Positions 50,310 through 60,052 of a stretch of 64,000 bases of DNA are shown in pieces. The notes beneath the pieces are model-generated. The model saw nothing but the letters and a program-made list of their open reading frames with translations. It ran no database searches and was not told where the DNA came from. How positions within the stretch are numbered: the first letter of the stretch is position 1; each line of letters opens with the position of its first letter. Made by a program: the position numbers and the translations under genes. Where the stretch lies: assembly GCA_963667845.2 (NCBI GenBank), contig CAXXVL010000001.1:160001-224000 (forward strand), in the 5' to 3' direction. The DNA is from Smithellaceae bacterium. GTDB taxonomy: Bacteria; Desulfobacterota; Syntrophia; Syntrophales; Smithellaceae.

Positions 50310-50346
50310 AACCACAGGGGTCACCATACCCTGTGGTTTTTTTATT
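50310..50346 (+). terminator. Terminator-like hairpin in the ABC-F leader
   Basis: AACCACAGGG...CCCTGTGGTT followed by TTTTATT, about 190 nt upstream of the ABC-F start. Confidence 0.7.
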
Positions 50347-50535
50347 CCATATGAGCATTTTACCCGATGCTGAACAACGGGTTTTAAAATAAAGAAACAT
50401 ATTCCGTCATGCGGCGCGGGTCCCACCTTCAGGAGGCGACGCCGCGCATCCGGAAGGTGTCAGGTTCTCTTTGTCCGGAGCTCGGCTTCGCCGCATTGAT
50501 TCGTTTGTGTATTTTAGAAGGAGCATTAAATCAAC

Positions 50536-52140
50536 ATGATTGAAGCAGTCAATATCAGTCTTTCCTATGGGAAAAGATTATTATTCAAAGAGGTTAACAT
50601 CAAATTTACTCCCGGCAACTGTTACGGACTGATCGGGGCCAACGGATCGGGAAAGTCCACCTTTCTCAAAATTCTAGCAGGTGAACTGGATGCGGACCAC
50701 GGGGAAATTAACATCGGCCGCCGGGAGCGAATCGCGGTTCTCAGCCAGGATCAATTTGCCTTTGATAATGAAATCGTTTTCAACACCGTCATCATGGGGC
50801 ACAAGCGGCTGTATAAGGTCATGAGAGCGCGCGAGGCGATTTACGCCAAGTCTGAATTTACGGAAGAGGACGGTGTGCGTTCAGCTGAACTGGAGACTAA
50901 GTTCGCTGAAATGAACGGCTATGAAGCCGAATCCGAAGCCGCAGTGCTATTGAGCGGACTGGGCATATCCGAAGAGCTGCGGACGAAGAAGATGAAGGAG
51001 CTGGAGGCGGGTGACAAGGTCCGCGTACTCCTGGCCCAGGCTTTGTTCGGCAATCCGGATATTCTGCTCCTGGATGAACCGACGAATAACCTTGATCTGC
51101 AATCCATCCGCTGGCTCGAAGAGTTCCTCGATCGGTTTTCCAACACGGTCATCGTGGTATCCCACGACCGTCACTTTTTGAATCAGGTCTCTACGCATAC
51201 CGCCGATATCGACTTCGGGCGAATTAAGATTTATGCAGGCAATTATGATTTCTGGTACCGCGCCAGCCAGATGCATTTCCAGCAGAAGCAGAACGATAAC
51301 CGCAAAATGTCTGAAAAAGCCGAAGAATTGAAAGCATTCATCCAGCGCTTCAGCGCCAATGCATCCAAGTCCAAGCAGGCCACGTCGCGCAAGAAGCTGC
51401 TCGATAAGCTGACGCTTGCGGACATGCCGACGTCATCGAGAAAATATCCATACGTGGTGTTTACACCGGAGAGATCCTGCGGGGACATCATTCTGGAAAT
51501 ATCCAGGCTGACCAAAGCAATTGACGGCGTTAATGTGCTGGATCATTTTGACCTGAATGTCCGCAAGGGCGATAAAATCGCTTTTATCGGAGACAATGCC
51601 CTGGCCCGAACAACCCTTTTTCAGATTCTGGCGGGTGAACAGACTGCGGACGGCGGCAGTTTCCGCTGGGGCGTTACCATTAAAAATGCCTATTTCCCCA
51701 AGGAGAATAGCACTTATTTTGAACAAGAGATGACTCTGATTGACTGGCTGTGCCAGTATTCACCTCCTGAGGATGGAGAAGCCTTTGCCCGCGGCTTCCT
51801 GGGCAGAATGCTTTTTTCGGGCGAAGAGGCGCTGAAGAAAACCAGTGTTCTCTCCGGTGGCGAACGCGTTCGCTGCATGCTGTCGCGCATGATGCTCGCC
51901 GGCGCCAACGTCCTGATTCTTGATGAACCGACGAATCACCTGGATCTGGAATCGATCACTGCCCTGAATGACGGGCTTATTGCGTTTCCCGAGGTGGTTC
52001 TGTTTGCCTCGCAGGACCAGGAGTTTGTTTCCACCGCCGCCAACAGGTTTGTCGATATCGTGGGGGGAGAAGCGATCGAACGAAATCCTGATTTTGAAGA
52101 GGATGCGGACAGGCAGGGATATCTAGCCCAAGCCGTATGA
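50536..52140 (+). CDS. ABC-F family ATPase (YbiT-like)
   Basis: Two NBDs with no TM segments: GANGSGKS, DEPTNNLD, SHDRHFL, RFSANASKSKQATSR linker, LSGGE, DEPTNHLD. Confidence 0.93.
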   Translation: MIEAVNISLSYGKRLLFKEVNIKFTPGNCYGLIGANGSGKSTFLKILAGELDADHGEINIGRRERIAVLSQDQFAFDNEIVFNTVIMGHKRLYKVMRAREAIYAKSEFTEEDGVRSAELETKFAEMNGYEAESEAAVLLSGLGISEELRTKKMKELEAGDKVRVLLAQALFGNPDILLLDEPTNNLDLQSIRWLEEFLDRFSNTVIVVSHDRHFLNQVSTHTADIDFGRIKIYAGNYDFWYRASQMHFQQKQNDNRKMSEKAEELKAFIQRFSANASKSKQATSRKKLLDKLTLADMPTSSRKYPYVVFTPERSCGDIILEISRLTKAIDGVNVLDHFDLNVRKGDKIAFIGDNALARTTLFQILAGEQTADGGSFRWGVTIKNAYFPKENSTYFEQEMTLIDWLCQYSPPEDGEAFARGFLGRMLFSGEEALKKTSVLSGGERVRCMLSRMMLAGANVLILDEPTNHLDLESITALNDGLIAFPEVVLFASQDQEFVSTAANRFVDIVGGEAIERNPDFEEDADRQGYLAQAV

Positions 52141-52442
52141 TCGGAACTCCTCAAGCCGGAGCGGGCATTGGCCGGGCCGGCCGCTAACCACTGTGCCTCC
52201 GGCGCTTTAAATCACATTTATCAACGTCACTTATCTGAACGTCTTTGAGAAAAGCAGCTCTCGCCCCTGTCCGGATTTGATCCGCAGGCGCGAGAGGTCG
52301 CCCCCTGAAATTCCCGGTTTTTCGAAACGAAAGCAGTCATAATTGGCAAACTGGAGCAGGTTCAGAACGCCCCTTCTATACATCCCTGCGGTAAACGATG
52401 GAGTTTACCCCGGGGCAGGCACAATAAAGTGTCAGCCTCCGC

Positions 52443-52967
52443 TTATCGGGCTTGATTGAGGACAGAGCCTAGCTTCAGCCTTCCTTCCAGGATCAGCTCG
52501 CCTGCGATCCTCGCGGCTCTTTCGGCGGGGAGACGGCATTTTTTGATGGCATTTGCTTTGACGAATTCCATCCCCTCTTTGGGATCGGTGAGATTGAAGC
52601 TGCGCCCGAAGATATGATGCTGGACGTCACGGCAATTGCACGAGCCCAGTTCCGCTTCAAAACGCTTGCACAGCTTTCGAGCGGCGGCCGTTGTGCGCGA
52701 AACGGCGGCCAGATCGCCGGCGCTCTCCCGCCCGAAGGCCAGCCCCAGCGCCATGATGCCGGCGACGACGGCGCCGCACGTATCCCCGCGCAGCGCAATG
52801 CCCGGCATGGCGGTGGCCGCTTTTAATACCTCAGGATTACCCAGGTTAAAGTGCTCCTGCAGAGCGAGCAATGTGCCCTGCGAGCAGCTCGCGAAAAGTT
52901 CTTCATAATCGCCGGCCTTCTTTTCCAGTGCATCAAGCGATGCTTCCATGTTCTGATCGGGCGCCAT
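52443..52967 (-). CDS. C_GCAxxG_C_C family putative redox protein
   Basis: CSQ, TCGAVVAG, GSCNC and C-terminal Cys. Confidence 0.88.
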   Translation of the reverse strand: MAPDQNMEASLDALEKKAGDYEELFASCSQGTLLALQEHFNLGNPEVLKAATAMPGIALRGDTCGAVVAGIMALGLAFGRESAGDLAAVSRTTAAARKLCKRFEAELGSCNCRDVQHHIFGRSFNLTDPKEGMEFVKANAIKKCRLPAERAARIAGELILEGRLKLGSVLNQAR

Positions 52968-52971
52968 AGAC

Positions 52972-53496
52972 TTATTTCTCCATTTCCACTCGGAAGCGGC
53001 ATGTTTTATCGCCCTTCACCAGTAATTGGCTGAAACCTTGCGGCTTGAATTTCGGGTTCAGGCTCTCCATCATTCCGCACATGGATGCGTCCAGCAGTAT
53101 CTCACAAAGCTCCGGTTGCTTGGACCAGATGCCGGCTATGGGGCAGGTGTATACTTCTTTTTCAAAGGCTTCGGGCGTTGTCTCAAGATAACCATGCCAG
53201 AAATTGGCAAAGGTATCATCCATGCAGTCCTGCAATTTGGGCAGGCCGCTGCAGTCTGCCATATCTTCCGGCTGGGAATCGGAGAGCTTCATCCACATTT
53301 TCGCGCTTCTTTGCCCCATGGTATGAAATTTCTCTTTCATCCGTTTGACGTATTCTTCGCCTCCCAGCTCTTTGCCGGTATCATACGCCATGACAACATA
53401 CAGAGCCAGGACCTGCATCCAGCTTTTATAGCGTTTGCACATCTCCTCTTCGCTGACCGGATAATTTTCATAAGCGGGTTCTTCTTTCATCACCAT
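52972..53496 (-). CDS. ATC-hydrolase-family (V4R-like) protein
   Basis: TCPIA..W..PELC and NP.F...LL.KGDKTCRF motifs; RBS GGAGG. Confidence 0.8.
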   Translation of the reverse strand: MVMKEEPAYENYPVSEEEMCKRYKSWMQVLALYVVMAYDTGKELGGEEYVKRMKEKFHTMGQRSAKMWMKLSDSQPEDMADCSGLPKLQDCMDDTFANFWHGYLETTPEAFEKEVYTCPIAGIWSKQPELCEILLDASMCGMMESLNPKFKPQGFSQLLVKGDKTCRFRVEMEK

Positions 53497-53545
53497 ACCT
53501 CCAACGTTTTGTTTGAGCATTATAGATCATAACCATCGATCATCA

Positions 53546-55012
53546 TCAGGCTTTTTCAGCTTTGATTCCGTCTCGTCTTCGATAGTACTCCCGCACGGCC
53601 GCTATGGATCTCGCGGCGCGCTCCGGGTCCTGATAAACAGGAACGCCGCGGGAAAGCAGGGTTCTGGCCATTTTTTCCTGAAGACTCCGGTAGGTAAACC
53701 CGACAATCGGTTTATCGGGGTGCAGTTGGGTCAGGCTCATGAACTTATCCGTATAACTCACGAGCATTTTATCCACTTCCTGCGGAATCGACTCCTCGGG
53801 AACACCCATCTCCCGCAGAATGCGCTCGATCATCAGGCCCGGATACAGAAAATAAGACAAGAGTATATCCGCCTGAGCATCCTGAAGCAGGATATCCGGG
53901 ATATTAAAATAATCCTCCGCAGGATTTTTACTGAAGGTCATATCGACCGGGTTGGCCACGCTGGCCGTCTTGGGGATCAATGGTTTAAGTTTTTCCACGG
54001 TTTGAGGTGAGAGGCGGGGCAGTTTGAGCCCCGAGCGTCCGCAGGAGTCCGCCGCCGTGGCGCCGGGACCGCCGGAATGGGTCTGAATGATGACCTTGTT
54101 TCCTTTGGGACGCGGCAGCGTTCCCAGGGCCAGGGCAAAATCAAAAAGTTCCGTGAGCGTCTGGGCGCGGATAATGCCGCACTGCCGGAAAATACCGTCA
54201 TAGATTTCGTTGGGCCCCGACAGGGAGCCGGTATGAGACAGTCCCGCCAGCTTTCCCGCTTCCGATCCGCCCACATAAAGAGCGACAATCGGTTTATGAC
54301 GCGTTATCGCCTTTGCCGTTTTGACGAACTTATCTCCGCGGTTGATTCCTTCGACATACAGGGTAATGACTTTTGTGTTGGGGCAAGCGCCCAGGTATTC
54401 CAGGCAGTCCACGATATCAATATTGGCTTCATTCCCCACGCTCAGTGCCGCGCTGAAACCCATTCCGTGACGGTGGAGGTAATTGAACATCTGCGTGATG
54501 AAGCTGCCGCTCTGCGAGGCCAAACCGACAAAACCGGCCGGGCCTTCCGCTTGAATGGGGGTGGGATTGAGCTTGAGGTGCGGGTTGGCCACGCCCAGAC
54601 AATTCGGTCCGAGAAAACGAATGCCGTAATGGCGGGCAACCGCCTCCAATTTTTTTTGCAGTTTTGCGCCTTCAGGGCCGGCCTCCCGGAAGCCTCCCGA
54701 AACAACAATGGCACTGCGGACGCCTCTCTTCCCGCAATCTTCCAGGGTCTGACAGACAATTTCGGTGGGCAGCACGATGATGGCCAGGTCGGGAATTTCC
54801 GGCACATCCAAAATGCTGGTGTAGGCCGTAAGTCCGCGAACTTCTTTTTCGCTGGGATGAATCGGAAATATCTTTCCTTCATAGCCCAGCAACTGCACCG
54901 ACGAAAGCATGATCGATCCCATGCGCATGAACGTATTGGAGGCGCCGAAGAAGGCGATGCTGGTCGGGTTGACAATCGGATAGAGAGGACTTTCTTGAAT
55001 CGAGCGAATCAT
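53546..55012 (-). CDS. Acyl-CoA synthetase (NDP-forming) alpha-subunit-like
   Basis: NPTSIA.FGAS, LGPNCLG, SQSGS, SHTGSL (phospho-His), SGGPG...AD and NPVD motifs; no ATP-grasp domain. Confidence 0.92.
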   Translation of the reverse strand: MIRSIQESPLYPIVNPTSIAFFGASNTFMRMGSIMLSSVQLLGYEGKIFPIHPSEKEVRGLTAYTSILDVPEIPDLAIIVLPTEIVCQTLEDCGKRGVRSAIVVSGGFREAGPEGAKLQKKLEAVARHYGIRFLGPNCLGVANPHLKLNPTPIQAEGPAGFVGLASQSGSFITQMFNYLHRHGMGFSAALSVGNEANIDIVDCLEYLGACPNTKVITLYVEGINRGDKFVKTAKAITRHKPIVALYVGGSEAGKLAGLSHTGSLSGPNEIYDGIFRQCGIIRAQTLTELFDFALALGTLPRPKGNKVIIQTHSGGPGATAADSCGRSGLKLPRLSPQTVEKLKPLIPKTASVANPVDMTFSKNPAEDYFNIPDILLQDAQADILLSYFLYPGLMIERILREMGVPEESIPQEVDKMLVSYTDKFMSLTQLHPDKPIVGFTYRSLQEKMARTLLSRGVPVYQDPERAARSIAAVREYYRRRDGIKAEKA

Positions 55013-55183
55013 TTTTATACCTGCCTTAAAAATTTGCTGTTCGGAATAATACCGGAGAAGAACGATCTCTTCGGGGCACATTCGGAATGAAGCAGCCCAT
55101 GCGTAGCAGAAAGTTGACGAGTATTCAAGAATGCAGATAAAATAAGACTGCGCTGTGTGATGAAGAATACCCCTTGATTTTTT

Positions 55184-55281
55184 ATCCCGCTCGCGCGGGA
55201 CGAGCGTTAATTCCCTGTCGCTTACTGCGAAATAATGACGTTCATTTCATGCCTCGACAGCTTGCTGAGAGGTGGTTGATT
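55184..55281 (+). repeat. REP-like repeat family B, long copy
   Basis: Same ends as the short copies, with an internal ~40-nt segment shared with 57750-57844. Confidence 0.9.
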
Positions 55282-55578
55282 AAACGCAGAGGGCGCAAGA
55301 TCCCGGCCGCAGCGGATTGATCCGGACCCTGAGCGGTTGGTCGGAAGGTAATAAACATCCGGGCAAAATGATTGACTGCACGATGGGCGGCGGGCATATC
55401 CCGGCGGGCCCCCGTTCCTGACTCCCGCCCATACCCGTATCCGGCAAAGAAGCAATAAAGAATTGACTTTTGCATAAGCTGTTTTAAATTATTTTCCATA
55501 AATTTAAGACATACTCATTGGATCCGTACCGGTTCAATTGATCCAGTGACCGGGTTTATTGGTGCGGAGGTCTTCTTT

Positions 55579-56559
55579 ATGAGAAAAATATTCGCCTTAT
55601 TAAAGCAATCTCAAATATTACGATCACTGGCCAGGTGGATCGATTCCGACACGCCGGAATTGGTTAAAGTCGGAAGAAAGGGAAGATATGACCTGGTCCG
55701 CGGTATACCGCTCGCGGCGGTGCACCTGATGTGCCTGGCTCCCTTCATTGTCGGCTGGAGCTGGGTGGCGGTGAATACGGCTATTGCGCTCTATGTCATA
55801 CGAATGTTCGCGATTACGGGATTTTATCATCGTTATTTTTCCCATCGGACTTTCAAGACGAACAGGGTCATGCAGTTTCTTTTCGCGGTTCTCGGCAATT
55901 CCGCTTTGCAGCGCGGCCCGTTATGGTGGGCCGCCAATCACCGGCATCATCACCTGTATGCCGATAAACCCGAAGATTTTCATTCCCCGTCGCAGCTTGG
56001 ATTCGTGAGGGCGCATGTCGGATGGGTGCTTGACCGTAATAATTTCAAAACGAGATATGAATATGTAAAGGACTGGGTAAAGTTTCCCGAGCTTGTCTGG
56101 TTGAACCGTTTCGATATCGTCGTCCCCGTTATATTTGCCGTCCTGATTTTTTTGGCCGGACATCTCCTTGCCGCGTATGCCCCTGAGCTTAAAACAAACG
56201 GGATACAGATGCTCGTGTGGGGGTTTTTCATCTCCAGTATCGCGGTTATGCATGCGACATTCACGATAAACTCTTTTGACCACATGTTCGGTTTTCGCAG
56301 GTATAATACCGATGATACGAGCAGGAACAATGTCCTTCTCGCAATTCTCACCCTGGGAGAAGGATGGCACAATAATCATCATCATTACGCAGTTTCCAAC
56401 CGGAACGGTTTTTACTGGTGGGAGATAGACCTGACTTACTATCTCGTTATGCTGCTGTCTGTGCTGGGAATTGTCCATGACGTCCGGCCCCTGCCCCAGA
56501 CAATTAGAGAGTCCGGCAAAATCATGAACCTGAAATCGGAAAACAATTCGGGCCAATAG
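55579..56559 (+). CDS. Membrane acyl-CoA desaturase (delta-9-like)
   Basis: His boxes HRYFSH, HRHHH and GEGWHNNHH; TM segments; RBS GGAGG. Confidence 0.93.
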   Translation: MRKIFALLKQSQILRSLARWIDSDTPELVKVGRKGRYDLVRGIPLAAVHLMCLAPFIVGWSWVAVNTAIALYVIRMFAITGFYHRYFSHRTFKTNRVMQFLFAVLGNSALQRGPLWWAANHRHHHLYADKPEDFHSPSQLGFVRAHVGWVLDRNNFKTRYEYVKDWVKFPELVWLNRFDIVVPVIFAVLIFLAGHLLAAYAPELKTNGIQMLVWGFFISSIAVMHATFTINSFDHMFGFRRYNTDDTSRNNVLLAILTLGEGWHNNHHHYAVSNRNGFYWWEIDLTYYLVMLLSVLGIVHDVRPLPQTIRESGKIMNLKSENNSGQ

Positions 56560-57094
56560 GGAGACGCCCGCAACATTCGGAATGAACGGACGGAAATTGC
56601 CAGAAAAGGTGTCCTGGCCAAGCCTCGTTCCCGGTCCTCAATCTTCCGTTTTATGCGCAGCGACTCCGGAGCGTTTATTTGTTCCGCACACGGGCTCAAG
56701 ATTTCCTTGACGAGCGGGGGCCATGTCCACTACACTTGCGCCGGGTGACGGGCAAACGTATTCACCGGTAAGCCGACGCCTGTGCCGGCGCGGTCGGCCT
56801 GTTTTCGTGACACCATCGGACGTGATGACCTATTGCTTCAAGAATGCGACGCAAACCGGCGGGGCGACTTCGGCGAGAGCCCGCAATCCGGTAAAAAAAA
56901 CCGGCTAAGACTGTTCAAGACGAAGACGGCGGTGGGCAGCGGCAAGGTTGTATCTAAGCCGGGTTCCCTAACCGATCCAAAAGCAGCGTCAAAACTTTCC
57001 TGTTAACAGAGCCTTGACTGATCCCGGCGAATATGCGGCGACTCAGGGGCTCCTTTAGAAAATGCAACAAAAAACCATCTCCGGGAGGTGAACT

Positions 57095-57367
57095 ATGTCT
57101 GATGTCAAAGTAACCGTCAAATCGGTCAAGGGATTCTGCTCCGCCGGATACAAACCCGGCGACTATTTCATGCTCAGGGACGGACTGATGATCGAAGCGG
57201 GAAAGCCCGCGGGGCTTTGCATCTTTGCGCTCCCGGCTCTGATCCCCTATTTGACTGCCTATTGCCGCGAAACCCCTCCGGAGGACTGGATCAATAACAA
57301 ACGAGAACTTCAATGCCCGGATAACGATAATGCCGTTATTTTCGGATTGGAGCGTGGGGATAAATAG
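57095..57367 (+). CDS. TIGR04076-like small Cys protein
   Basis: G.C.AG.K.GD.F, GLC..A and CPD..N.V.F motifs; RBS GGAGG. Confidence 0.85.
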   Translation: MSDVKVTVKSVKGFCSAGYKPGDYFMLRDGLMIEAGKPAGLCIFALPALIPYLTAYCRETPPEDWINNKRELQCPDNDNAVIFGLERGDK

Positions 57368-57749
57368 GTGGAAGAATCAGCGTCGCGTTGCGATCGTGTC
57401 ATTTTCTCCACGGGCTGCTGCCGGATTACCCAAAGCCGCGTGACCGGTATGGACATATTTGCGGCGAATATGATAAGCGGGAATTGCCCGCAACAAAAGG
57501 GAATACAAAAATAGATGCGGAAGCGGCGGATCGCCGGCATGGGGTGCTCCGGACGTTGCACCGCTGGCCGGAGGAGTCATGTCAGTCCAAAGAGGTATGA
57601 TCAAGAACTGAAGATAGAGAGAAGGAGATTCGCGGGCAATCTGACGGGAAGACTGACCGCGCATGAAGTGATGGCCGCTTTCCGCTATACATTTTAAGAA
57701 AATAAAGACGGCGTTTTCATTGAATGTATGAAATAAGACGCTATATTTA

Positions 57750-57844
57750 ATCCCGCTCACGCGGGACGAGCGTTCCCCGTAGCGTGCGGCGCAATAATGA
57801 CGTTCATTTCATACCTCGACAGCTTGCTGCGAGGTGGTTAACTA
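57750..57844 (+). repeat. REP-like repeat family B, long copy
   Basis: Colinear with 55184-55281. Confidence 0.9.
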
Positions 57845-57872
57845 ACTGTAAATAAAACTAGGGAGAACTTGT

Positions 57873-59831
57873 ATGAAAAATCTGGACCAATTGCTGGCGC
57901 CTTTCAAAATCAAATCGATGGAGATTCGCAACCGGCTTGTGATGCCGCCTATGGGAACGCGGCTGGGAAACGATGACGGCAGCGTGAGCGAGGCTAACCT
58001 TGCTTATATGAAACGGCGGGCGCAAAGCGGCGCCGGGCTGATCATCACCGAAATTACGGAAGTTCACCCTCTGGGGTCCGCTTCACCCCGGTCGCTGGCC
58101 GTTTGGGATGACAAATACATCCCCGGACTCAAAAAGCTGGCCGATGTGGTTCACGCCCAGGGCGGCAAGGTGGCCATGCAGCTCCATCACACGGGGCGCG
58201 AGAATGTCGCGCTGCTGCGCACCGGCGAGGCGATCGGACCTTCGGCCATTCGCAGCTTCCGGTTTCCGCAATTAGGGATTCCGCGCGAGATGACGAAGGA
58301 ACTGATCCGCGAGACGATTGCCTCTTTCGGGGCCGCAGCCGTCCGCGCCAGGACCGCGGGGTTTGATGCCGTAGAGCTCCACGCGGCGCATGGCTATCTG
58401 CTGATGCAGTTTCTGTCCGCGCACTGCAATCATCGGCAGGATGAATACGGCGGGGACTTCCGGGCCAGAGCCCGCTTTATTGTCGAATGCCTGCACGAGG
58501 TTCGCCGCAAGGCCGGCGAGGATTTTCCCATTTCACTTCGGCTTTCCTGTGAAGAATGCATTATCGACGGTTATACCGTTGAGGATGTTCAGACAATCAT
58601 TCCGGATCTGGTTTCGGCCGGCGCCGATATGATCGATGTCTCTTTCGGCACCCACGCCAACGCGGAAGTGAGCGTCGGCCCGCCCAACGCGAGCGCCCCG
58701 GTCGAGTATGAGCAGGGATTTAAAGCATGGCTTGCGCGCAAGATCAAGGACGTGACGGATGTGCCCGTGATCAGCGTCGGCAGGTACTGCGATCCCTACC
58801 TGATGAATGACGTCATCGTCCGCGGCGACGCGGACCTGGTTGCGGTGGCCCGCCAGCACCTTGCGGACCCCGACTTTCTCAAAAACGCCGTCGAGGGCCA
58901 TCCGGAAGATACCTGCGAATGTCTGGCCTGCAATCAGGGATGCATCGAGCGGCTGATTTTTGAACAGAAATCGATCCGCTGCGCTATCAATCCCGAGACG
59001 GGGCAGGAGCTCATCCGCCCCGCGGGCAAGGCGGTGCAAAGCCGCCGGGTCTGGGTCATCGGGGGCGGACCCGGGGGGCTCACCGCGGCGCTGGAGGCGG
59101 TAAGACTGGGCCACAGCGTGACGCTCTTTGAAAAGGAATTAAAGACAGGAGGGCAGATCCGCTATGCCGAGAAGGCGCCCCATAAAGCCGTTTACGGAAA
59201 ATGGATTGAAACGCTCACGCACAACTGCGGGAAGCGGGGCGTGGAAATAAAGACGGGCACGGAAGTCACGGAGGAGATGATCAAGAAGGGCAAGCCCGAC
59301 GTTGTTATTCTGGCGACGGGCGGGGACAAGGCCGCCTGTCCGGTTTCCGGCGTCACGTCATCCGTCGTTTGCGACGCCTGGCAGATTCTGAACGGCGAGG
59401 TCGATCTCAAAGATAATACCGTTGTCATCGGGGCGGGCCCGGTGGGGATGGAAACGGCCGATTTCCTTTGCGACAAAGGCGTGAAGAACGTCATCCTGGT
59501 GGAAATGCTGGCCGATATGCCGGTTCCTCCGCTGGGCGCTCACAACACGATGGTGCACAGGCGCCTCGAAGCGGCCGGGGCCACGTTCATGCTCAATACC
59601 CGTGTGGAGAAGATCGAAGAAGGGTCCGTCACGGTCCGGACGGGTGGTGTCGAGAAAAAAATCGAACCCGTCGGCCAGGTGATCATTGCTGTCGGAATCA
59701 CCCCGAGACAGCGTTTCAAGGAGATGCTCGCCAAAAATAATATTCGCCACTTCATCGTCGGCGACGCCATAGAGCCGCGCCGCATTATTGAAGCGACAAC
59801 CGAAGGGGCACAGGCGGCCTGGGATATCTGA
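57873..59831 (+). CDS. NADH:flavin oxidoreductase (OYE + [4Fe-4S] + FAD; 2,4-dienoyl-CoA reductase-like)
   Basis: NRLVMPPM, ELHAAHGYLL.QFLS, CLACNQGC..C.INP and GGGPGG motifs. Confidence 0.95.
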   Translation: MKNLDQLLAPFKIKSMEIRNRLVMPPMGTRLGNDDGSVSEANLAYMKRRAQSGAGLIITEITEVHPLGSASPRSLAVWDDKYIPGLKKLADVVHAQGGKVAMQLHHTGRENVALLRTGEAIGPSAIRSFRFPQLGIPREMTKELIRETIASFGAAAVRARTAGFDAVELHAAHGYLLMQFLSAHCNHRQDEYGGDFRARARFIVECLHEVRRKAGEDFPISLRLSCEECIIDGYTVEDVQTIIPDLVSAGADMIDVSFGTHANAEVSVGPPNASAPVEYEQGFKAWLARKIKDVTDVPVISVGRYCDPYLMNDVIVRGDADLVAVARQHLADPDFLKNAVEGHPEDTCECLACNQGCIERLIFEQKSIRCAINPETGQELIRPAGKAVQSRRVWVIGGGPGGLTAALEAVRLGHSVTLFEKELKTGGQIRYAEKAPHKAVYGKWIETLTHNCGKRGVEIKTGTEVTEEMIKKGKPDVVILATGGDKAACPVSGVTSSVVCDAWQILNGEVDLKDNTVVIGAGPVGMETADFLCDKGVKNVILVEMLADMPVPPLGAHNTMVHRRLEAAGATFMLNTRVEKIEEGSVTVRTGGVEKKIEPVGQVIIAVGITPRQRFKEMLAKNNIRHFIVGDAIEPRRIIEATTEGAQAAWDI

Positions 59832-59937
59832 AACGGATCGCGCGTGACGTCAAGTCGAAGACGGGCTCATGTGTAAACAGAACAGAAAAGATCCGGGAAT
59901 GCAATTCAGGCGGTTCAGGTTCATTGGAGGCTTGCCT

Positions 59938-59968
59938 CCGGTTTGGTCCCGGGAAAGGACCAAACCGG
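59938..59968. terminator. Perfect hairpin between convergent genes
   Basis: CCGGTTTGGTCC-N7-GGACCAAACCGG, 12-bp stem. Confidence 0.6.
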
Positions 59969-60052
59969 ATGTGTTGATATCTTTGAGGGCGGCAATGCCC
60001 CAGCCGGCGGAAAGAAGAGCCGATATCTTTCCTCGCCGCGCCCCAAACCTCT

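Noticed and set aside
56745..56870. c-di-GMP-I riboswitch (GGGCAAAC, GACGCAAA words)
   Set aside because: The words lack the required spacing and the GNRA-capped P2 stem.
30716..57367. Selenoproteins among the thioredoxin, OsmC, C_GCAxxG_C_C and TIGR04076-like genes
   Set aside because: All motif positions are Cys codons, with no in-frame TGA at redox sites.
6877..57844. Repeats as a CRISPR array
   Set aside because: Copies are dispersed, not tandem with spacers, and no cas genes are present.
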